Positions 8,966 through 15,731 of a stretch of DNA of 32,001 nucleotides are shown here, one piece after another. This DNA comes from Candidatus Limnocylindrales bacterium. Lineage in GTDB: Bacteria > Chloroflexota > Limnocylindria > Limnocylindrales > CSP1-4. Location: the NCBI GenBank assembly GCA_036758145.1, contig DAIOXD010000002.1, forward strand, positions 1 through 32,001, written 5' to 3'. The notes under the pieces were generated by a model. That model ran no database searches. It was not told where the DNA came from and saw nothing but the letters and a program-made list of their open reading frames with translations. Within the stretch, counting starts at the first letter, position 1. The number at the start of each line of letters is the position of its first letter. The translations under genes were made by a program, and so were the position numbers.

Positions 8966-9095
8966 GTCAACCACCTCTGGGCCCACTTGCAGACGGTGCG
9001 ACAAACCTGGGACGGGGAGTGTACGCCCCGCGACCGCGCCCGGGACATAGCCGGCGCGTCCGCGGGCCCCGGCCGGCCCGCGTGCGGGGCGCCGC

Positions 9096-9252
9096 TGACC
9101 CCGGGTCAACGATTCGGGCCCAAAGGTCCCCGGCGAGACCGCAAGACTCCGGTGTGGCGACCCAGGGTCAACAAGCCGCGAACTTCGGTGGGCCGATCCA
9201 CCCGTGGTATACCAACCGTCCTCGTGCCAAAAGTGTTGATCGCGGGGTCAAC
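9096..9252. promoter_or_regulatory. Three related palindromic sites, consensus TGACCC-N-GGGTCA, in one intergenic region
   Basis: Site 1 is tgaccccgggtca at 9096-9108, with 6-1-6 arms. Site 2 is gacccagggtc at 9159-9169, with 5-1-5 arms. Site 3 is a degenerate copy, gttgatcgcggggtcaac, at 9235-9252. All three share GGGTCAAC (9103-9110, 9165-9172, 9245-9252). GTCAAC also abuts the start codon at 8966-8971. Confidence 0.3.
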
Positions 9253-9283
9253 GCGTCAGCCGGTCCTCCCCGCGGTTCGTCGC

Positions 9284-10804
9284 TCAGTCGCCCGACAGGT
9301 CGAACCAGGTCGTCTTGAGCTGGGTGTAGCCGTCGAGGGCGTGGAGGCCCTTGTCGCGCCCGAAACCGGACTGCTTGTAGCCACCGAAGGGCACGGTGAT
9401 GTCGGCCGTGTCGAAGGTGTTGACCCAGACCACCCCGGCCCGGATCCGGCGCGAGAGCCGGTGCGCGCGATTGACATCGCGGGTCCACAGCCCGGCGGCC
9501 AGACCGTAGGGCGAATCGTTGGCGATGGCCACCGCCTCTTCCTCGTCCTCGAACTCGGTGACGGTCAGGACAGGGCCGAAGATCTCCTCGCGCGCGACCC
9601 TCATGGAGTTGGCCACGCCGTCAAGGATCGTCGGCTCGATGTAGTAGCCGCCACTCTCCCCGCGGACCTGCTCGCCGCCGGCGACGACCCGGGCGCCTTC
9701 CTCGCGACCGAGATCGACGTAGCCGAGGACCTTCGCCAGCTGGCGGTCGTCGACGATCGACCCGAGCCGGGTCCTGGGATCGAGCGGCTCGCCTGGAGCA
9801 AGCTTCCGACCGAGCGCCGCGACGCGCTCGACAAGCTCCTCGCGGACCGAGCGATGGACGACGAGGCGCGAGCCCGCGTTGCAGGTCTGCCCGCTGTTGT
9901 AGAAGATCCCCCAGCCGATCGCGGAAGCGGCCGCCTCGAGGTCGCCGACGTCCGCCAGCACGACCTGCGGGCTCTTGCCACCGAGCTCGAGCGAGATGGC
10001 CTTGACGTCGGACTCCCCGAGCGCGCGCAGGAGTGACTTGCCGACCTCCGTCGAGCCCGTGAAGGCGATCTTGTCGACGTCCGGGTGCCGGGCGAGCGCG
10101 TCGCCGAGGACCGAGCCCGGGCCGGTCACCACGTTGAGGACACCGTCGGGGAGTCCCGCCTCCGCGGCAAGCTCGGCGAGGCGGAGCGCCGTCAGTGGCG
10201 ACTGACTCGCGGGCTTGAGCACGACCGAGTTACCGGTCGCTAGCGCGGGCCCGATCTTCCAGGCCGTGATGATCATCGGGTAGTTCCAGGGCACGATCGC
10301 GGCGACCACCCCGATCGGCTCGCGGGTCACCAGGGAGAGGGCGTCGGGCCCGGTCGGCCCGACCTCGCCGTACGCCTTGTCGATCGTCTCGGCGTACCAC
10401 TGGAGGGTCGTGGCGGCACTCGGGATGTCGACTCGGAGCGTGTCGCGGATCGGCTTGCCGACATCGAGCGACTCGAGCAGCGCCAGCTCGTCGGTGTGCT
10501 CGCGGACGAGCTCCGCGAGCCGCAGCAGGACGGCCTTGCGTGCCATCGGCGGCTGGTCGCTCCAGCGGCGATCATCGAACGAGCGACGGGCGGCCGCGAC
10601 GGCGCGATCGACGTCCTCGGGGCCGCCCTCGGCGACGGCCGCGATCCGGGAGCCGTCGCGCCCGGCGATGTCGTCGAAGGTCGCCCCCGAGGCCGCCGGC
10701 ACGAAGCGGCCGTCGACGAACAGCTCGGTCCGGGGCGCGATCGACGCGGCGCGAGCGATCCAGTCGGCCGCGGTCGGCCCCGCGGGTTTCGTCTCAGCGC
10801 TCAC
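9284..10804 (-). CDS. NAD(P)-dependent aldehyde dehydrogenase, 506 aa
   Basis: ORF 9284..11626 (-) is a read-through artefact. The real start is GTG 10804-10802, which forms a GTGA overlap with the upstream stop 10801-10803 and has GGAGGT 7 nt upstream. ALDH motifs seen: VPWNYP, FTGSTEVGK, LELGGKSP (catalytic Glu), GQTCNAGSR (catalytic Cys) and EEIFGPV. Confidence 0.9.
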   Translation of the reverse strand: MSAETKPAGPTAADWIARAASIAPRTELFVDGRFVPAASGATFDDIAGRDGSRIAAVAEGGPEDVDRAVAAARRSFDDRRWSDQPPMARKAVLLRLAELVREHTDELALLESLDVGKPIRDTLRVDIPSAATTLQWYAETIDKAYGEVGPTGPDALSLVTREPIGVVAAIVPWNYPMIITAWKIGPALATGNSVVLKPASQSPLTALRLAELAAEAGLPDGVLNVVTGPGSVLGDALARHPDVDKIAFTGSTEVGKSLLRALGESDVKAISLELGGKSPQVVLADVGDLEAAASAIGWGIFYNSGQTCNAGSRLVVHRSVREELVERVAALGRKLAPGEPLDPRTRLGSIVDDRQLAKVLGYVDLGREEGARVVAGGEQVRGESGGYYIEPTILDGVANSMRVAREEIFGPVLTVTEFEDEEEAVAIANDSPYGLAAGLWTRDVNRAHRLSRRIRAGVVWVNTFDTADITVPFGGYKQSGFGRDKGLHALDGYTQLKTTWFDLSGD

Positions 10805-11910
10805 GAGGCGTACCTCCGGATCGCCGCTTCGTCGAGGACGATCCCGAGACCGGCCGCGGCGGGCACCCGCAGGATCCCGTCCGGTCCCGGTCGGATCGGC
10901 TCGGCGAGCATGAAGTCGCGCCGTTCCGGGGTCCAGCCCGGCGGGTCGTACGGGAACTCGATGAACGGTCCACCACCGACGCCGGCCGCGACGTGCAGGT
11001 TCGCGAGCAGCCCGATCCCGTTGGTCCAGGTGTGAGGGGTGTACCAGCGGTTGCGCGCCAGGGCGAGCTCCGCGATCATGCGCCCGCGCAGCATCCCGGC
11101 GGCGAGGACGGCGTCGGGCTGATGGACGTCGAACGCGTCGGCGTCGACCGCCGCCACGAGTTCGCCGAACGTCCGGGTCATCTCGCCGCCGGCGATCCGG
11201 ACCCCGGGCACCGAGGCTCGGAGCGCGGCCAGACCGCGCAAGTCCGTCCCCGCGAGCGGCTCCTCGACCCACAGGACGTCGTACTCGGCCAGCTGGACGG
11301 CGATCGCCCGGGCCGCCACCGGGTCCAGCGAGCCCGACACATCGCCTGCCATCCGCCAGCCCTGGTTGAGATCGACCATGATCGCCATCGAATCGCCGAC
11401 GGCATGGCGCGTCGCCGCGACCGCCGCGACGCCTTCCTCCAGCCGGCGCGGATCGACCCGGATCTTGAGCGCCCCGAACCCTTCCTCGCGCAGCCGGAGC
11501 GCGGCCTCGGCCCGGGCCGCCGGCGCGAGGAGCATCCCGCACGAGGCATAGGCCGGGATCCCCTCGCTGGCCCCGCCGAACAGCGTGGCGACCGGAAGGC
11601 CCGCGACCTTGCCGATGATGTCCCACAGCGCGACCTCGAGCGGCCAGTAGCGACCGGCGTGGAAGTCGATCGTCTCGAGGATGCGGACCTGGCGAGCGAT
11701 CGCGAGCGGGTCGGTGCCGATGAACAGGTGCTCGAAGGCTTCGAAGCCGTCCATCGTGTCGCCCGACCCGACGCCCACGACCCCTTCATCGGTCTCGACC
11801 CGCACCACGGTCGCCGCGAACGACCGTCGCGGGATCGGATCCCAGGCGGCCGCGAAGGGCGGATCGAGGGGCATGACCAGGCGATCGAGTCGGATCCCCG
11901 TGATGCGCAT
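10801..11910 (-). CDS. Enolase-superfamily enzyme (mandelate racemase / muconate lactonizing enzyme family), 369 aa
   Basis: ORF 10801..12051 (-), trimmed to ATG 11910-11908 (MRITGIRLDRLVMPLDPPF). The capping domain is followed by barrel motifs LKIRVD, MVDLNQGW, LWVEEP and IAGGE, which match the acidic metal-ligand pattern of the superfamily. Confidence 0.8.
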   Translation of the reverse strand: MRITGIRLDRLVMPLDPPFAAAWDPIPRRSFAATVVRVETDEGVVGVGSGDTMDGFEAFEHLFIGTDPLAIARQVRILETIDFHAGRYWPLEVALWDIIGKVAGLPVATLFGGASEGIPAYASCGMLLAPAARAEAALRLREEGFGALKIRVDPRRLEEGVAAVAATRHAVGDSMAIMVDLNQGWRMAGDVSGSLDPVAARAIAVQLAEYDVLWVEEPLAGTDLRGLAALRASVPGVRIAGGEMTRTFGELVAAVDADAFDVHQPDAVLAAGMLRGRMIAELALARNRWYTPHTWTNGIGLLANLHVAAGVGGGPFIEFPYDPPGWTPERRDFMLAEPIRPGPDGILRVPAAAGLGIVLDEAAIRRYAS

Positions 11911-11946
11911 CTTCGGAGTATTGCGCAGCCGCTCGCGGGGAGTTCG

Positions 11947-11975
11947 TTGACAGTCAGGTGGACCGCCAGTACCGT
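11947..11975 (+). promoter_or_regulatory. Candidate housekeeping-sigma promoter for the ABC importer operon
   Basis: TTGACA (11947-11952), then a 17-nt spacer, then TACCGT (11970-11975, TAnnnT type). It lies about 120 nt upstream of the SBP start. Confidence 0.35.
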
Positions 11976-12028
11976 TCCGAGACATTCGCTTTTCGGCCGG
12001 AGGAACAGGATGGCCGGGGAGCGGTGTG

Positions 12029-12040
12029 CGTTCGCGAACG
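12029..12040. promoter_or_regulatory. Perfect 12-bp palindrome CGTTCGCGAACG, candidate operator
   Basis: Read directly from the sequence. It lies in the divergent intergenic region between the enolase/ALDH operon and the ABC importer operon, downstream of the candidate promoter. Confidence 0.3.
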
Positions 12041-12096
12041 ATGCCTGCCAAGTGCTCGTCGCCGCCAGGTGGATCCGCCCGGAGGAGTCACAAACG

Positions 12097-13809
12097 ATGG
12101 ACTATCCCCAGCTGGACAAGGTCCGCGGTTCGACAACGCCACTGCAGCTCGACACGGTCGAGGCGTTCGTCCGCGGCAAGTTGAGTCGTCGCGAATTCAT
12201 CGGGCGCGGCCTGGTGGTCGGGCTCTCGATGGCGTCGATCAGCGCCGTCATCGCCGCGTGCGGCGGCGGCACCTCAAGCACCGCGCCGAGCACCGGCGGC
12301 GGCGGCAGCACGGCTCCGACTTCAGGCGCCAGCACCCCGCCCGCCTCGGCGACCGCCGGAGGCACGATCCGGATCGCGCTCCAGCGCCCGGTCAAGGTCG
12401 ACCCCATCGCGATGCAGGACCTCGGCGGCTACGGCATCACCGCTCAGTCGTTCGAGTTCCTGTGCACGCTCGACAAGAACGGCAGCGACATCGCCCCTGG
12501 CCTCGCTCTCAAGTGGACGCCCAATGCCGACGGCAGCGTCTGGGTCTTCGACCTCCGTCAGGGCGTCATGTGGCAGGACGGCACCCCGTTCAGCTCGGCC
12601 GACGTGGTGGCCACGATGGAACGCCTCGTGGCGGCCGGCAACTCCGGCCTCAAGGGCGTCATCGACAAGGGCTCGGCGGTCGCGACCGATGCGAACACGG
12701 TCACCTTCAACCTCGTGAGCGCCAACGGCAACTTCCCATACCTCGTCTCGGTCTTCACCGCCCAGGCGCTCATCACCCCGGCCAACTACGCCGCCGGGAC
12801 GACGTTCGACGCGAAGCCGAACGGAACGGGCGCCTGGAAGCTGACCAGCTACGACGTCACACAGGGTGCCAAGTTCGCGCGGAACGACGCCTGGTGGGGC
12901 GGCAAGACCCCGCTCGACACGACGGAGTTCATCTTCTTCGATCAGACGTCGGACATGGTCACCGCCTATCAGGGCGGGCAGGTCGATGCGATCGTGCAGT
13001 TCGACGTCCTCTCGGGCAAGAGCCTGCTGGACGATGCGAACACGACGGTCATCGCGACCAAGGCCGCGCTCCACCGGCAGATCTGGATGCGCTGCGACAA
13101 GGGCCAGTTCGCGAAGAAGGAAGTCCGCCAGGCGCTGGCCTACACCTTCGACCGGCCGGCCCTGATCCAGCAGCTCTTCCAGGGACGGGCCGATCTCGGC
13201 AATGATCACGTCATCGCCCCGATCTACCCGTACTTCGACTCGTCGATCCCGCAGCGGGTGCAGGACATCGAGAAGGCCAAGTCGCTCCTGTCCACGGCCG
13301 GCGTGACCAACCTGTCGGCCACGCTCCACGCGGGCCAGCTCCTCGAGATCCCCGATCTCGCCGTGCTGCTCCAGAGCAACGCCGCGAAGGCCGGGATCAC
13401 CCTGACCCCGGCGGTCGAGAGCCTGACGACGTTCTACGGCGCGCAGTGGTGCCCCGACAAGCCGGCCGATCCCCCGTGCTCCGGCTCGGCCGAGCTCGGC
13501 ATCGTCGACTACGGCCACCGCGCGACCCCGGACGTCTACCTCAACGCGGCCATCAAGACCAAGGGCGTCTGGAACGCGTCGCAGTACTCGTCGCCCGAAT
13601 TCGATGCCGCCTTCACCGAGTTCCAGAAGGCGGTCGGTGTCGACGCCCAGAAGGCGGCCTGCACCAAGATCGAGACGATCATGAACGAGGACGTCCCGAT
13701 CGGCCTCCCGTACTTCTACAACTACCTCGCCGGCAGCGCCAAGGCGTACACCGGGATCTACTCGAGCGCGCTTGGCCAGATGTTCTTCTCCGCGGCTTCC
13801 AAGGCCTGA
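12097..13809 (+). CDS. ABC transporter substrate-binding protein, family 5 (peptide/nickel/opine type), Tat-signal lipoprotein
   Basis: ORF 10540..13809 (+), trimmed to ATG 12097, with GGAGGAG at 12081-12087. It has a twin-arginine motif and lipobox, LSRREFIGRGLVVGLSMASISAVIAACGGG, followed by a Ser/Thr/Pro/Gly linker. The mature domain is typical of SBP_bac_5 (LALKWTPNADGSVWVFDLRQGVMWQDGTPFSSADV). An alternative in-frame TTG start lies at 12181. Confidence 0.85.
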   Translation: MDYPQLDKVRGSTTPLQLDTVEAFVRGKLSRREFIGRGLVVGLSMASISAVIAACGGGTSSTAPSTGGGGSTAPTSGASTPPASATAGGTIRIALQRPVKVDPIAMQDLGGYGITAQSFEFLCTLDKNGSDIAPGLALKWTPNADGSVWVFDLRQGVMWQDGTPFSSADVVATMERLVAAGNSGLKGVIDKGSAVATDANTVTFNLVSANGNFPYLVSVFTAQALITPANYAAGTTFDAKPNGTGAWKLTSYDVTQGAKFARNDAWWGGKTPLDTTEFIFFDQTSDMVTAYQGGQVDAIVQFDVLSGKSLLDDANTTVIATKAALHRQIWMRCDKGQFAKKEVRQALAYTFDRPALIQQLFQGRADLGNDHVIAPIYPYFDSSIPQRVQDIEKAKSLLSTAGVTNLSATLHAGQLLEIPDLAVLLQSNAAKAGITLTPAVESLTTFYGAQWCPDKPADPPCSGSAELGIVDYGHRATPDVYLNAAIKTKGVWNASQYSSPEFDAAFTEFQKAVGVDAQKAACTKIETIMNEDVPIGLPYFYNYLAGSAKAYTGIYSSALGQMFFSAASKA

Positions 13810-13827
13810 CATCGCGGCGCGTGGGGT

Positions 13828-13866
13828 CGGCGGTTCGTCCCGTCGGCCCCGCGGCGCGAACCGTCG
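13828..13866 (+). other. Imperfect stem-loop between the SBP and permease genes
   Basis: cggcggttcg (13828-13837) pairs with cgaaccgtcg (13857-13866), giving 10 bp including one G-U pair and a 19-nt loop. No U-tract follows. The permease SD GGAGGG starts at 13871. Confidence 0.25.
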
Positions 13867-13887
13867 CCCAGGAGGGTGAAGTAGGCG

Positions 13888-14841
13888 ATGGCACGCTTCA
13901 TCCTGCGCCGGCTGCTCCTCTCGCTCGTCACGCTGTGGCTGCTGGCGACGATCGTCTTCATCATCTCCAACGTCCTGCCCAGCGATGTCGGGCGGACGAT
14001 CCTCGGGCCGTTCGCGCCCCAGGAAAGCGTCGACGCGGTGAACGAGCGGCTGGGGACCAACCGGCCGATCCTCATCCGCTACGTCGACTCGTTGCGCCAG
14101 ATCGTCACCCTCGACTTCGGCGATTCGTACGTCACCCAGCAGCCGGTCATGCCACAACTGGCCGGGGCCATCGGGCGCTCCGCAAAGCTCGCCGGCCTCG
14201 CGCTCATCATCACCATCCCGATCAGCATCATCGCCGGGCTGTACGCCGCTCGTCGACGTGACCGGAAGGTCGACCGCGCGATCGTCCTGCTGGGGGTGAC
14301 GTCCTCGTCGATCCCGGAGTTCGTCACCGGGACGATCCTGGTCGTCGTCGTGGGCGTCGCCCTGCGCTGGCTGCCAGTCCTCGCCACCCCGCCCGAGTCA
14401 GCCGACATCCCGACCACGATCCGCTACCTGCTGATGCCGGCCATCGCGATGGCCATCGTCTACTTCGGCTACATCGCCCGGATGACCCGCTCCGGCACGA
14501 TCGAGGTCCTCCAGTCGGACTACATCCGGACGGCGACGATGAAGGGCCTGACCACACGGGCGACGATGCTTCACCATGTCCTGCGCAACGCGCTCGTGCC
14601 GACGGTGGCCGTCATCGCCGTCCAGATCGGCTATCTCTTCGGCGGGATCATCGCCGTCGAGAAGATCTTCAACTACAACGGGATGGGCCAGACGATGCTG
14701 CGGGCCGCCCAGCAAAAGGACATCCCGATGCTCACCGCGGGCGCCATCGTCATCGGCATCGTGTACATGGTGGCGACCTTCATCGCAGACATGACGATGG
14801 CCTGGATGAACCCGCGGATCCGGCTGGACACCGATCGCTGA
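13888..14841 (+). CDS. ABC transporter permease (DppB/OppB-like)
   Basis: ORF 13888..14841 (+), with GGAGGGTG upstream. The N-terminus MARFILRRLLLSLVTLWLLATIVFII is typical. It has multiple TM segments and the conserved loop DYIRTATMKGL. Confidence 0.9.
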   Translation: MARFILRRLLLSLVTLWLLATIVFIISNVLPSDVGRTILGPFAPQESVDAVNERLGTNRPILIRYVDSLRQIVTLDFGDSYVTQQPVMPQLAGAIGRSAKLAGLALIITIPISIIAGLYAARRRDRKVDRAIVLLGVTSSSIPEFVTGTILVVVVGVALRWLPVLATPPESADIPTTIRYLLMPAIAMAIVYFGYIARMTRSGTIEVLQSDYIRTATMKGLTTRATMLHHVLRNALVPTVAVIAVQIGYLFGGIIAVEKIFNYNGMGQTMLRAAQQKDIPMLTAGAIVIGIVYMVATFIADMTMAWMNPRIRLDTDR

Positions 14842-15731
14842 TGGATACGGCCCTCAACCCCGCGCCCATCGTCCCGACCGTGACGCCGCTCCGCTCGGAG
14901 CGGAGCCAGGCTCGCCGCGAGACGGCCAGGCAGCTCCTCCGGCGGCCGGCCTTCATCATCGGCAACATCGTCATCATCGGCTGGATCATCTGTGCCGTGC
15001 TCGGCCAGCGGATCACGCCGTACGACCCGCTCAACGACTTCTCGCTCGGTCACCAGCCGCCCAGCGTCGACCACCTGATGGGCACCGACCGCATCGGCCG
15101 CGATGTCCTTTCGCGGGTGATGGTCGGCTCGCGGGACGTCCTGATCGTGGCGCCCCTGGCCGCACTGTTCGGCGTCGTCGCCGGGACCCTGCTGGGGCTG
15201 ATCATGGGCTACTACCGGGGCCTGGTCGACGACATCCTGAGCCGCCTGGTCGAGGCATTCCTCGCCCTTCCGGTGATCCTCATCGCGTTATTGACGCTGG
15301 TCGTGCTCGGGTCGTCGCCGCTCGTGGTGGTCTTCGTCGTCGGCATCCTGTTCACGCCTATCGTCGCGCGCACGGTGCGTTCGGCCGTCCTGACCGAGCG
15401 AAACCTCGACTACGTGACGGCCGCCAAGCTTCGCGGTGAGACCGGCTTCTTCATCCTGTCGCGCGAGATCTTCCCCAACGTCCTGGGCCCGACGGTGGTC
15501 GAGCTGACCGTCAGGTTCGGCTACGCGATCTTCACGGTCGCGACCCTGTCGTTCCTCGGCGTCGGCATCCAGCCGCCGTCGGCGGACTGGGGCCTGACGG
15601 TGAGCCAGGAGTACACGAACATGATCTCGGGCGTCTGGTGGCCGACGCTCTTCCCGGCCCTGGCGATCGCGAGCACGGTCGTCGCGGTCAACCTCATCGC
15701 GGATTCGCTCCAGTCGGTGCTCAACGAATGA
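14841..15731 (+). CDS. ABC transporter permease (DppC/OppC-like)
   Basis: ORF 14841..15731 (+). The start overlaps the upstream stop (TGATG). It has multiple TM segments and the conserved loop DYVTAAKLRGE. Confidence 0.9.
   Translation: MDTALNPAPIVPTVTPLRSERSQARRETARQLLRRPAFIIGNIVIIGWIICAVLGQRITPYDPLNDFSLGHQPPSVDHLMGTDRIGRDVLSRVMVGSRDVLIVAPLAALFGVVAGTLLGLIMGYYRGLVDDILSRLVEAFLALPVILIALLTLVVLGSSPLVVVFVVGILFTPIVARTVRSAVLTERNLDYVTAAKLRGETGFFILSREIFPNVLGPTVVELTVRFGYAIFTVATLSFLGVGIQPPSADWGLTVSQEYTNMISGVWWPTLFPALAIASTVVAVNLIADSLQSVLNE

Noticed and set aside
9019-9318. 99-aa plus-strand ORF within the 8966-9283 intergenic region. Also the small ORFs in 29764-30045 (29769-29999 plus strand, 29789-29977 minus strand).
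   Set aside because: The translations are Arg/Pro/Gly-rich with no motifs and no ribosome-binding sites. I treat these regions as non-coding.
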